NCBI GenBank assembly: GCA_011523385.1
Contig: WTGX01000006.1
Location: 4,121-68,120, forward strand
DNA: 64,000 nt
Origin: Nitrospira sp.
GTDB lineage: Bacteria; Nitrospirota; Nitrospiria; Nitrospirales; UBA8639
Direction: 5' to 3'
The first letter of the stretch is position 1. Each line of letters begins with the position of its first letter. Shown here piece after piece: positions 31,481-40,571 of the stretch. The position numbers and the translations under genes were made by a program. The notes beneath the pieces were generated by a model, which made no database searches, was not told where the DNA came from, and saw only the letters and a list, made by a program, of their open reading frames with translations.

Positions 31481-31848
31481 AAATTCCTCACGTAGGATGA
31501 TGACAATGGTTTCAAATTATAGCATACGCAAGATCCGTTGGAGAACATCATGTGTAGCTTGCGCGAAGCAGGGCAAATCTTGGGTGTGCTTTAACGATCA
31601 GGCGGAAGAAGCTCACCTGTGCTTCTATTCGCGAAAGCAGATTTTGCAAGGTCTTGGATGACCAGCATCCCTTGCTCCTTCCGGACTTGAGTAGGTCTTC
31701 CAATTGTCCTCGACCGTATTTTCGTTTTGAGTGTGGGGAGGACGACAGGAACAATGATAGGGACGTGGTCCGTGCGGTTCCGTTTCATTGTCTGTTGCAC
31801 TCACCTCTTTAAGAGGCTTGTAACAAAAATTGCAACGACGCATTCTAT

Positions 31849-32874
31849 TCACTGTATAGGTCTCCATTCGCGCGCCAGCCGTTGCGCCTCGGCGATCTGC
31901 GCCGGAGTCATCTTCGACGCAATCTCGCTACGGAGTTGTATGGCATCGTCTCGAAATTTCCGCTCAGAACCCGAAAACCGAGAAGCTGCAAGATTGACCC
32001 ATTTGTGCGCCTGAACATAGTCCTGCGACATGCCTTTGCCAAGGTAGTACATGAACCCGAGACTCTCCTGAGCGAAGGCGTGACCCTGTTCGGCCGCTTG
32101 GCGATACCAGCGGACCGCCTCCAGATAGTCCTGCGGCACGCCTTCGCCGAAATCGTACTTGATCCCGAGCCTGGTCTGCCCCTCGGCGTTCCCTTGCTCC
32201 GCGGCCTGACGAAACCAACGCAATGCCTCGACATCGTCCTGCGACACGCCCCTGCCTTGGTCAAACATGTATCCAAGATTGACCTGAGCGACGGCATCGC
32301 CCTGCTCCGCCGCCCGACGATACCAGCGCACTGCCTCGGCCTCGTCCTGGGGCACACCCCTACCCGTGTTGTACATGAGCCCAAGATTGTTCTGGGCACC
32401 AGCGTGTCCATGCTCTGCAGCGAGACGGTACCAGCGCGCCGCTTGAGCATTATCCTGCTGCACGCCCTCGCCCTTGTCGTACATGTACCCGAGATTGACC
32501 TGAGCACGGGCATTGCCCTGCTCCGCCGCCCGACGAAACCAACGCACTGCCTCAACATAATCCTGCGGCACCCCGTCGCCCTTTTTGTACATAAACCCGA
32601 GATTGATCTGAGCCAAGGCAAAGTTCTGTTCGGCCGCTTGACGATACCAACGTAACGCCTCAGCATAGTCTTGAGGCACACCTTTACCATTGTCGTACAT
32701 CACCCCGAGATTGTGCTGAGCGCTGGCGTTGCCCTGCTCGGCAAGGGTGCGTAAAGACTTCAAAGCAATGGCATACTCGCCCCGATTATACGCAGCCGTG
32801 GCTTCCTCAAACGTCTGCGCCTCCGCAGCCGGTGCGCTGAGCAGCGCAAGCGCCAGCACCTTCGAGGCGATCAT
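31849..32874 (-). CDS. Sel1-repeat (SLR/TPR-like) secreted protein
   Basis: About 7-8 tandem 36-aa units of type AAEQGNA.AQ.NLG.MY..G.GV.QD..EA.RWYR. A signal peptide (MIASKVLALALLSAPAAEA) follows the internal Met; the ORF extends to 32928. Confidence 0.85.
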   Translation of the reverse strand: MIASKVLALALLSAPAAEAQTFEEATAAYNRGEYAIALKSLRTLAEQGNASAQHNLGVMYDNGKGVPQDYAEALRWYRQAAEQNFALAQINLGFMYKKGDGVPQDYVEAVRWFRRAAEQGNARAQVNLGYMYDKGEGVQQDNAQAARWYRLAAEHGHAGAQNNLGLMYNTGRGVPQDEAEAVRWYRRAAEQGDAVAQVNLGYMFDQGRGVSQDDVEALRWFRQAAEQGNAEGQTRLGIKYDFGEGVPQDYLEAVRWYRQAAEQGHAFAQESLGFMYYLGKGMSQDYVQAHKWVNLAASRFSGSERKFRDDAIQLRSEIASKMTPAQIAEAQRLAREWRPIQ

Positions 32875-33059
32875 ACCGTGCAACTCAATGCAATGGATTC
32901 TCAACAATCGTAAGAGTGATGAGGACATGGGCGTCTAGCCTTCCATGTTGAAAAGTTTCTTATTTCGTAATCTTGTCGTTCTCAACGGTATCAAGTCCAA
33001 CTCCTGTTTTTGAGAAAGCTCCTGCTCTTCAGGAGTATCTCGCTTGGTAAGCTTATGAC

Positions 33060-33719
33060 TCATACTTGGGAACGAACGTTTCTGACAAAAAGCGGAATAT
33101 CTCGTTTCCAGAACTTTTGCCAACGCCACCCGTTTCCTGACGGAAGGTACGTGGCGGAAAGAATTGGGCGATGCGATGCTTCAAGCGGCTCCTCTCGGAC
33201 AGAGGAAAGGCTTCCTGCTTGAAACTTGCGTGCAAATTTTGAACGAGGCCAAAGCATGGAGACCGCCGTGGATGCGGGCCGACCAAGAGCCAGAATCGCA
33301 GAGGGCTGAAAGAATTCAATCTGCTGGTAGAGATGGGTCTTCACCTGATGCCTCAACAAAAGCTTCAGATCTTCACATCGTATCCCAGCGATGCTGCTTT
33401 TGAGCGGACGAGGGAAGGATTGCAGCAGATAGTAGCCCGAATCGCAGAATGCCGTGAACCCACGATCTGAACCGGAACGCGACAGCTTGAGAAGTGGAAG
33501 AAGTTTCTCGCGCAAGTCATCCTGTTTCGCATTCAGAGGTTGAATGGTCCAGAAGCCGCCATCCGGCGGAGGCGCTTCGGAAATAAAGAGAATGGCATTT
33601 CGTCGAGGTTCAGGGAGCGTCGGCCAATTTCCTTTGAAAGGATCAAACACGCGACCTTCAACACTCTGACACATGCGACAGGTGCGAATCGATTCTTGAA
33701 TGTCCTGCCAACTTGTCAT
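33060..33719 (-). CDS. divergent uracil-DNA-glycosylase-superfamily-like protein
   Basis: Contains an N-terminal CRMC, then ILFISEAPPPDG at the place of the GEAPG motif and PSAILALG later on. The C-terminal His motif is not recognisable. The assignment is tentative. Confidence 0.4.
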   Translation of the reverse strand: MTSWQDIQESIRTCRMCQSVEGRVFDPFKGNWPTLPEPRRNAILFISEAPPPDGGFWTIQPLNAKQDDLREKLLPLLKLSRSGSDRGFTAFCDSGYYLLQSFPRPLKSSIAGIRCEDLKLLLRHQVKTHLYQQIEFFQPSAILALGRPASTAVSMLWPRSKFARKFQAGSLSSVREEPLEASHRPILSATYLPSGNGWRWQKFWKRDIPLFVRNVRSQV

Positions 33720-33927
33720 AGAAGCTGCCTTAACTCGGTTGCTTATACACAAGGCCAATACTACCAGAACGTACTTAACCGTTCACGTCTACATTGAAGC
33801 GTGTCGTTGCACCGGAAAATGCGTTCCCGATTCCCTACCCTATTGAATTACGCTCTTGAGTAAATTAACTCAATGCAGTTTTCACAAGCGCCAAAAGCAG
33901 GGCGTGACAAGCCTATTCTCGGCTCCT

Positions 33928-34362
33928 TCACACCGGAATGACGCACAAGAAAGAACGTTGATTCTCCGCCAGCAACCCTTCTATGCCTCCATCCAACGTG
34001 GCCAGTTGGCCATGACGTTGCATTGCGGTGGCCAGCAATACGGCATCAGTAATCTGCCGGTATCCCTGAAGGCGGACGCCAAGTGAATCAGGCAGGCGCA
34101 CTATGGACTGATCCAGCGGCCAGAACATATGGGAACCCAATTGCGTGAGTCTCTCCAAGACCCCGATGGCGTCAAGAGGGGTGACAGTGCGATGGACAAC
34201 CGATGGGTTACAGGAGACTCGGACAAACCCCGCCTCCGTCAGTGGGCAGGTTGCCCAACTCTCCTCCTGATGAGCCTCAAACCACGTCCAAGCTGCGGCA
34301 TGGTGTACGTGATTGGGCCAGGCAAGAGCGATAAGGACGTTCACGTCCGGCAGGTAAGTCAC
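33928..34362 (-). CDS. vapC: PIN-domain toxin VapC
   Basis: Starts MTYLPDVNVLIALAWPNHVHH and overlaps the antitoxin gene by 4 nt. Confidence 0.85.
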   Translation of the reverse strand: MTYLPDVNVLIALAWPNHVHHAAAWTWFEAHQEESWATCPLTEAGFVRVSCNPSVVHRTVTPLDAIGVLERLTQLGSHMFWPLDQSIVRLPDSLGVRLQGYRQITDAVLLATAMQRHGQLATLDGGIEGLLAENQRSFLCVIPV

Positions 34363-34586
34363 GGCCAGTCGCTCAAGGACCGGTAGACGTCCTCGCTGGT
34401 AATGGGGTCGGCGTCGGAGGCAGCGGCAAAGACGGCGCCTTCCCCTTGCTCCATCGCGGCGGGTGCGCTTCTGAACCCGCGCCGTGCCAGATCAGAAATG
34501 GCACGGCCAAGGCTGGTCCCGTTCCGCTGGGCAAGCGCCCGAGCGACCGCCAGTACGTCATTATCGATGGTTACGGTGGTTCGCAT
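34359..34586 (-). CDS. vapB: type II antitoxin VapB-like
   Basis: The 75-aa ORF starts MRTTVTIDNDVLAVARALAQ and is coupled to vapC. Confidence 0.75.
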   Translation of the reverse strand: MRTTVTIDNDVLAVARALAQRNGTSLGRAISDLARRGFRSAPAAMEQGEGAVFAAASDADPITSEDVYRSLSDWP

Positions 34587-34736
34587 GACAGCATCATGGC
34601 ATCAATGCATCGCATCGTCAACTGAGCTGTCGGACATATGGCTTGAGACGTTTGTTGATGGCTTCTTACACAGGATATGCTTAAGCATATTTCAGGTGCC
34701 GTCTCTGATCCGCGGTCCCAACTATGGAGTCCGGCT

Positions 34737-36458
34737 ATGCTCATGATTCCCCTTCTCTTTGTTCTTCTGTTTATCTTCCCGGCCTTCTCTCAGACGAGGG
34801 CGGAACCGACGGACGCCCCAGGCTTTGCTGCAAAGCCCCTCAGCACGGCGAAAGAACGCATGATCGTCGCGGCAAATCCCTTGGCGGTCCAGGAAGGGGA
34901 CCGGATGATGGCCGTCGGCGGGTCGGCCGCGGATGCTGCCATTGCCGCGCTGCTGGTCCTCAACGTGGTCGAGCCGCAATCCAGCGGCATCGGCGGCGGT
35001 GGCTTCGCGCTCGTCCATAGCCCGGACGGGCTCACTACGTGGGACGCGCGGGAAACCGCGCCTGCCGGCGCCACGCCCGACATGTTCATGAAGAACGGTG
35101 AACCCCTGCCCTTTCACATAGCGGTGGCATCGGGGCGTTCCATCGGCGTGCCGGGTCTCGTGCGTCTGATGGAGGCGCTCCATGAACGCCACGGCAAGCT
35201 TCCCTGGGCCGATCTGTTCCAGCCCGCGACCCGGTTGGCGCGCGACGGGTTCGCGGTAAGCCCACGTCTGGCAAATATGCTGGCCCGATACGCCGAGCGC
35301 TTGAATGGAACTGACGCCGCGGCAGTCTTCCTGCCCGGCGGCGAGCCGGTGGCGGCGGGAGCGATCCTGAAGCAACCACGACTCGCCGAGACGTTCGCCA
35401 TGATTGCCGCGCACGGCGCAAACGCCTTCTACACCGGCCCCCTGGCTGAACGGATCATCGCGGCGACACACCGCATCCCCCGCCCTGGCACCCTCAGCCT
35501 TGACGACCTCGCCGCCTACCAAGTCATCGAACGTCCTCCGGTCTGTCATGATTTCCGGCGTTATCGCGTCTGCGGCATGGGGCCGCCTTCCTCGGGTGCA
35601 ACCACGACCGGCCAGATCCTCATGCTCCTCGACCGGTTCAAGCTGGATGACCTCACGCTGGATAGACCACGGCTCTGGCATCTCTTCGCCAGCGCCTCGC
35701 GGTTGGCCTACGCTGACCGTGCCCGCTATCTCGCGGACAGCGATTTCGTGCAGATGCCCGTCGAGGGCTTGCTCGATCCGAGCTACATGGACACCCGCGC
35801 GGAGTTGATCAATCCGTTTGAAGCCGCGAATGACGAAGCCGCCGCCGGTGATCCGCCGGCGCGCGCGGACGGACCCCACGCACCGGACGTGCAGGAAGAT
35901 CTGCCGGGCACGACTCACCTCTCGGTTATCGACAAGGACGGGCTCGCGATCAGCCTGACTGCATCAATTGAAACCGTCTTCGGGTCCGGTCGCATGGCCG
36001 GAGGATTCCTGCTCAACAACCAGTTGACTGATTTCTCATTCCGCCCGACGGACGCCGACGGCGTGCCCATCGCCAATGCTCCGGCACCGGGAAAGCGACC
36101 GCGCTCGTCCATGGCGCCGACCATCGTCTACCTGAACGGGGAGCCGATCGCCTTGACGGGTTCACCGGGCGGCGGGCGCATTCCGGAATACGTCGCGCAG
36201 AGTCTCGTCGCCATGTTGGCCTTTGAGGCAAACCCGGCCACTGCCGCGGCGTTGCCGCACGTCTCGCAGCGTAATCGCGGGACCGTCGCACTTGAGCCCG
36301 GTACGCCGGCCTCCATCGTAGAAGGCCTCAAAGCCCTGGGACATCAGACCGAGGAGGCGGAGATGACCTCCGGGCTGCACATCATTCGCATCCTGCCGAA
36401 CGGCACGCTTCTGGGCGGCACCGATCCGAGGCGGGAAGGCACGGCCATCGGCCGCTGA
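34737..36458 (+). CDS. ggt: gamma-glutamyltransferase
   Basis: A signal peptide follows the internal Met (MLMIPLLFVLLF). It contains the autoprocessing/nucleophile region GTTHLSVIDKDG and GSPGGGRIP. Confidence 0.92.
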   Translation: MLMIPLLFVLLFIFPAFSQTRAEPTDAPGFAAKPLSTAKERMIVAANPLAVQEGDRMMAVGGSAADAAIAALLVLNVVEPQSSGIGGGGFALVHSPDGLTTWDARETAPAGATPDMFMKNGEPLPFHIAVASGRSIGVPGLVRLMEALHERHGKLPWADLFQPATRLARDGFAVSPRLANMLARYAERLNGTDAAAVFLPGGEPVAAGAILKQPRLAETFAMIAAHGANAFYTGPLAERIIAATHRIPRPGTLSLDDLAAYQVIERPPVCHDFRRYRVCGMGPPSSGATTTGQILMLLDRFKLDDLTLDRPRLWHLFASASRLAYADRARYLADSDFVQMPVEGLLDPSYMDTRAELINPFEAANDEAAAGDPPARADGPHAPDVQEDLPGTTHLSVIDKDGLAISLTASIETVFGSGRMAGGFLLNNQLTDFSFRPTDADGVPIANAPAPGKRPRSSMAPTIVYLNGEPIALTGSPGGGRIPEYVAQSLVAMLAFEANPATAAALPHVSQRNRGTVALEPGTPASIVEGLKALGHQTEEAEMTSGLHIIRILPNGTLLGGTDPRREGTAIGR

Positions 36459-36629
36459 GTTCGAGCAGGCCGCCACCATTGCTGGCGTTACCTATGCAAA
36501 TCGTGCCATGCGTGCCTCCTGTAACCATTCTGTCCGTCTCATCAGATGTATCCTCCTGCATCCAATGAAAACCGGACAGATCATGTGTTACAGATGCGGA
36601 CAGTTTATTTGTTCCTAACACACACGTGC

Positions 36630-36658
36630 TTGACACCTCCGCATGAAACGAATAAGAT
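36630..36658 (+). promoter_or_regulatory. candidate sigma70 promoter
   Basis: TTGACA (36630..36635), a 17-nt spacer, then TAAGAT (36653..36658). It lies about 85 nt upstream of the ATG at 36744. Confidence 0.45.
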
Positions 36659-36743
36659 TAACCTTCTTTCTCCAGGGAAATAGTTCATTCGGAAATGCAT
36701 GTCTTTATCGTCCATAACCTGTTTTAACAAAAGGAGCGGAATT

Positions 36744-37094
36744 ATGAAGAGTATTCGCCTTCTTCTTATTGCGGTCGCGGGTACTGCCTTGATGGCGTCA
36801 ATGGCGTATGCGAATCCGGGGATGTTGCCCGCACATCCGGGTTATCCTGCTGCGGATACCAAATCTCCGGTCGACGGGACGCGGACCAGCCATGATGCCG
36901 GCCAAGGGAACGCCGTTGGTTCGAAAGCCTCGATGGCCGCGTCTTCAACCGCTGATGACGCTGCCATGAACAATACGAGCGACCAAAATCGTGCGCGGGT
37001 GACGAAATCGCAAGGCGCCGGGCGTTTGCCGGAAGTTGAAGGGGCCTTGAACACGGTGGATATCAACCCGGGCGGTGCCACGTCCATTAAGTAA
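36744..37094 (+). CDS. small secreted low-complexity protein
   Basis: Has an AGGAG-type RBS (AAAGGAGCGG) before the ATG at 36744, a signal peptide MKSIRLLLIAVAGTALMASMAYA, and a polar, probably disordered mature part. A strong terminator follows. Confidence 0.55.
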   Translation: MKSIRLLLIAVAGTALMASMAYANPGMLPAHPGYPAADTKSPVDGTRTSHDAGQGNAVGSKASMAASSTADDAAMNNTSDQNRARVTKSQGAGRLPEVEGALNTVDINPGGATSIK

Positions 37095-37121
37095 ACGTTT
37101 TTGAATCGATGAAATCGCAAG

Positions 37122-37154
37122 GGAGGCTATCGGAGAGATAGCCTCCTTTTTTTT
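37122..37154 (+). terminator. rho-independent terminator
   Basis: A perfect 10-bp stem GGAGGCTATC / GATAGCCTCC with a 5-nt loop is followed by an 8-T run. Confidence 0.8.
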
Positions 37155-37452
37155 CGCCGGGAGCGCGGAGCGTTCGTTCCTCGCTCGCGCCGCTATCCCT
37201 TCTCTGTCATTTCTGTAGATGATGTGCCGTGTCTCCCTCTTTTTTGACTTGAGCGGGGGAATGGGTTATAAACAGATCCCCCTTGGGGTTCGGGTTCCCA
37301 CGTGGTACAGAATGGCGGGAAATGAGTAAGGTTTATTCATATTCGTTGCGACACCAACTGCTTGATGCTCATGACCTGTTCCTTGTGAAATAACTTCCAT
37401 CACGTTACGTTGTTCAATCCCAAACGATCACTCCTCTTTTTTTCTTATTGCC

Positions 37453-39159
37453 GTGCGGTTGATTCTTTACGCATTTATTGTTGTCAGTCTGTTCCCTGCG
37501 CTGCCGGTTATGGCGGAGGCGCCAGGGAGTTCGGAGGATTCGGAGGCGCTGCCGCAGCCGTGCCGGAATTGCGGGCTGCGGTATTTTCCTCCATCTGAAT
37601 CGAAGGAGTCCTTGCCTCTCCCTGCGGCTGTTACTCCTGCTAACCCTACTCCCAGCCCTGCCCCCTCTTCGGATAGCCCTGCCCCCTCTTCTGTCATTCC
37701 TGCCCCCCCTTCTGTCATTCCTGCGGAAGCAGGAATCCAGGGTCAGGTTCCTGGTGAAGAAAAAAGCGAAAAAGCAAAGACCCTGGATCCCCGATCGGGG
37801 TCGGGGATGACAGCAGGAGGAGAGTCGGGGATGACAGATGGAGGAGAGAAAGGAGCCGGGGCAGAGGAGGGAAAGAGGAGTCTGTCATTCAAGCAGCTTG
37901 TGCAGGTGGCGCGGGGGCTGGTCAAGGCGGGGAAGGTTGCCGACGCCCTGACGATTTTGCGGCCACTGGCCGTGGCCCGTCCTCAGGAGACGGAGGTGCA
38001 ATTTCTGCTGGGTACGGCAGCCAGCCGGCTGTCCCAGTCCTCCGGGGTCGAGGAGGAGCAACAGTCCGCGTTGCTCGACGAGGCCATTGCGGCGTACCGG
38101 TCCATCCTGATCCGACGGCCGGACCTCGTGCGCGTGCGTCTGGATCTGGCGTTGGCCTTCTTTTTCAAGCAGCAGGATGGCTTGGCCCGTGAACATTTCG
38201 AGCGGGTCCTGGTTGGCGAACTGCCTCCGCCCGTGGTGGCGAACGTGAACCGGTTTTTGAACGTGATGCGAGCCCGTCGCCGGTGGAGCGGGTATTTCGG
38301 GTTCTCCGTGGCCCCGGACACGAATATCAACGCCGCGTCCAACGCGGCCATCATCTATATCAACGGCTTGCCGTTTGTCCGGAGCCAACAGGGCCGTGCC
38401 AGTTCCGATATCGGGCTGGTGGGCTGGGGTGGCGGGGAATATCAGTATCCCCTGACCAACCGCTGGCGCCTGCGCGGGGGCCTCAACTTCAACCGCCGCG
38501 AATATAAGGGCAGCCAGTTCGACCAGATGTTTATCGGTACTTACGTGGGGCCGCGCTGGTTGATCACCCGGACCACCGAAATGAGCCTGTTGGCAACGGC
38601 GAATCAAAACTGGTTCGGCAGCAGCACCTGGAGCAATAACCTCGGCGTACGCCTGGAAGTGGAGCACCGGCTCTTGCCGGGCCTGTGGACCAACGGACGG
38701 GCATCCTGGCAGGACCAGCCCTACCACCGGAATCCCGGCCTGCAGGGGCCGCAGATGGTGTTCTCCCTGGGGGCGTCGTATGTGCTTCTGCCAACGGTAC
38801 GGGTCAATGGGCAGGTCGGGTATTCGCAGCAGCAGGCGCGAGCGCATCGATGGAACAGTACCGGGTACTGGACGCGAGTGGGGACGAACGTGGTGTTGCC
38901 GTGGGGCTTTACAGTGGGTCTCAGCGGTGAATTCCGGTGGACGGATTTCGGGAACGGGTGGTTCCCGTTCACCTTGGATAATTCCACGCCCCGTGAGGAT
39001 CAGACCCGCATCCTGCAAGCCACGCTGCTGAATCGCGCGATCACGGTGTTCGGGTTCAGCCCCCAGGTCGCCTTTTCCAACCAGGTGCGCGAATCCAACG
39101 CCCAATTGTGGGACTACAAGCGCAACCTCGTAGAAATGCGCTGGGTCCGCCAGTTCTAA
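37453..39159 (+). CDS. DUF560 / Slam-like outer-membrane beta-barrel protein with an N-terminal TPR-like region
   Basis: GTG start and signal peptide, then a repeat-derived linker and a TPR-like helical region. The C-terminal barrel has alternating-hydrophobic strands and ends ..FSNQVRESNAQLWDYKRNLVEMRWVRQF (terminal Phe), resembling DUF560 surface-lipoprotein-assembly-modifier proteins. Confidence 0.6.
   Translation: MRLILYAFIVVSLFPALPVMAEAPGSSEDSEALPQPCRNCGLRYFPPSESKESLPLPAAVTPANPTPSPAPSSDSPAPSSVIPAPPSVIPAEAGIQGQVPGEEKSEKAKTLDPRSGSGMTAGGESGMTDGGEKGAGAEEGKRSLSFKQLVQVARGLVKAGKVADALTILRPLAVARPQETEVQFLLGTAASRLSQSSGVEEEQQSALLDEAIAAYRSILIRRPDLVRVRLDLALAFFFKQQDGLAREHFERVLVGELPPPVVANVNRFLNVMRARRRWSGYFGFSVAPDTNINAASNAAIIYINGLPFVRSQQGRASSDIGLVGWGGGEYQYPLTNRWRLRGGLNFNRREYKGSQFDQMFIGTYVGPRWLITRTTEMSLLATANQNWFGSSTWSNNLGVRLEVEHRLLPGLWTNGRASWQDQPYHRNPGLQGPQMVFSLGASYVLLPTVRVNGQVGYSQQQARAHRWNSTGYWTRVGTNVVLPWGFTVGLSGEFRWTDFGNGWFPFTLDNSTPREDQTRILQATLLNRAITVFGFSPQVAFSNQVRESNAQLWDYKRNLVEMRWVRQF
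37693..37836. repeat. cluster of about 29-nt palindromic elements inside the 5' part of the Slam-like CDS
   Basis: Contains GTCATTCCTGCGGAAGCAGGAATCCAG (37714..37740) and CTGGATCCCCGATCGGGGTCGGGGATGAC (37783..37811), plus half copies. Confidence 0.7.
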
Positions 39160-39214
39160 CCATTCTTTTCTGTCATCCTTGACCCTCCTCCTCATCCCCG
39201 ACCCTCCCCCCTCC

Positions 39215-39304
39215 GTCATCCCCGACCCCGATCGGGGATCCAGTGTTTTTCTCCTTTTTTGTCTTTTTCTTTGTCATCCTCGACGTTTGTAATCGAGGAT
39301 CCAG
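39215..39304. repeat. two about 29-nt palindromic elements
   Basis: Contains GTCATCCCCGACCCCGATCGGGGATCCAG (39215..39243) and GTCATCCTCGACGTTTGTAATCGAGGATCCAG (39273..39304). Confidence 0.7.
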
Positions 39305-39426
39305 CGTCTTTGCTTTTGCCTTTGTCTGTGAAGAAAAAGATCCCGGAGAGTAAAGCAGATTCTTCGCGAGGTCCTTCGCGTTGCTCAGGACAAGCCCGGA
39401 ATGACAGATGCCCCGGTCTTTCCGTC

Positions 39427-40440
39427 TTACCCGAACAGGTCGGGGTCGGTCTTGCTGCGGCCGAAGTGCTGGAAGGCTTTGGCGGTGAGCTGGCGGCCGC
39501 GGGCGGTACGGTCCAGGTAGCCGGCCTGGAGGAGGAAGGGTTCGTACACGTCTTCGAGCGTGGCCCGTTCTTCCTGCACGGCGGTGGCCAGGGCTTCGAC
39601 GCCCACCGGGCCGCCGTTGAATTTGTCCAGGATGGTCATGAGGATTTTGCGGTCCATTTCATCAAACCCCGCGTCGTCCACCCCCAGCCAGTGCAGCGCG
39701 TCCTGCGCGACCTTGCGGGTGATGACGCCTTGAGCCTTGACGTCGGCGAAGTCCCGGACCCGCCGGATGAGCCGGTTGGCGATGCGCGGGGTCCCTCGCG
39801 CGCGCCGGCTGATTTCCGCGGCGCCGCCCGGTTCGATGGTCACGTTCAACAGGCCGGCCGACCGGTTGACGATGGCTTCCAGTTCCTCCGCCGTGTAGAA
39901 GTCGAGCCGGTACACCAGCCCGAACCGTTCCCGGAGCGGCGAGGTGAGCGCACCCGCCTTGGTCGTGGCACCCACCAGGGTGAACGGCGGCAGGTCCAGT
40001 TTCATGGTGCGGGTGGCCGGGCCCTGGCCGATGACGAGGTCGATCTGGAAATCCTCCATGGCGGGGTACAGGGCTTCTTCCACGGCCGCGGGCAGGCGGT
40101 GGATTTCGTCGATGAACAGCACGTCGTGGGCTTGCAGGTTCGCCAGGATCGCGGCCAGGTCGCCGGCGTGGTTCAGGACGAGCCCGGAGGTCGACCGGAT
40201 GCCGCCGCCCATTTCCCTGGCGATGATGTGCGCGATGGTGGTCTTGCCCAGGCCGGGCGGGCCGTAGAAGATGGCGTGGTCCAGGGGTTCGTTGCGGCCT
40301 TGTGCCGCCTGGATGCAGACCCGCAACGATTCCTTCATGCGCGCCTGACCGGTGTATTCGTCCAGGGTTTGCGGGCGCAGGGTGCCTTCGGTGTTCTGTT
40401 CTTCTTCCAGGAGGTGGTCGGTGACGATGCGGTCTTCCAT
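39427..40440 (-). CDS. ruvB: Holliday junction branch-migration helicase RuvB
   Basis: The 337-aa ORF contains the Walker A motif GPPGLGKTT and FIDEIHRL, with full-length RuvB similarity. Confidence 0.97.
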   Translation of the reverse strand: MEDRIVTDHLLEEEQNTEGTLRPQTLDEYTGQARMKESLRVCIQAAQGRNEPLDHAIFYGPPGLGKTTIAHIIAREMGGGIRSTSGLVLNHAGDLAAILANLQAHDVLFIDEIHRLPAAVEEALYPAMEDFQIDLVIGQGPATRTMKLDLPPFTLVGATTKAGALTSPLRERFGLVYRLDFYTAEELEAIVNRSAGLLNVTIEPGGAAEISRRARGTPRIANRLIRRVRDFADVKAQGVITRKVAQDALHWLGVDDAGFDEMDRKILMTILDKFNGGPVGVEALATAVQEERATLEDVYEPFLLQAGYLDRTARGRQLTAKAFQHFGRSKTDPDLFG

Positions 40441-40465
40441 GAACGGATCGCCCGGATTGGGGACG

Positions 40466-40571
40466 GCACCCTTCGGCTTCGCTTCCTTCGACTTCGCTCA
40501 GGACAGGCAGGGCAGGCTCCAGCCGTCCCCTACAACGACAATAACGTAAGGACAACCCCCTGTGGTTGTCC
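40466..40571. repeat. composite REP-like cluster upstream of ruvB
   Basis: Contains CCCTTCGGCTTCGCTTCCTTCGACTTCGCTCAGGACAGGCAGGGCAGG, then GGACAACC-CCCTGT-GGTTGTCC (40550..40571). These are the same modules as at 29091..29200, in the opposite order. Confidence 0.65.

Noticed and set aside
31481-31848. A possible degraded toxin gene upstream of the orphan RHH gene. Several overlapping short minus-strand ORFs are present, one with CxxC...HCxC.
   Set aside because: No frame gives a recognisable RelE/ParE/HigB/BrnT pattern. The ORFs overlap each other and the Sel1 gene end. I cannot support a pseudogene call from sequence alone.
34722-35918. A 398-aa minus-strand ORF inside ggt. Similar long shadow ORFs occur opposite the Slam-like gene (37885..39219), leuB (18973..20211), leuA (22505..23533), uvrC (55043..56131), ispA (45161..45988), the epimerase (46232..47347) and hisH/hisB (1674..2738).
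   Set aside because: Each lies opposite a gene with strong family motifs. None shows a recognisable domain, RBS or sensible start context.
37693-39304. I asked whether the short repeats around the Slam-like gene could be a CRISPR array.
   Set aside because: The repeats are palindromes with variable stems, in both orientations and at irregular spacing, and some are inside coding sequence. There are no uniform spacers and no cas genes. I classify them as REP-like elements.
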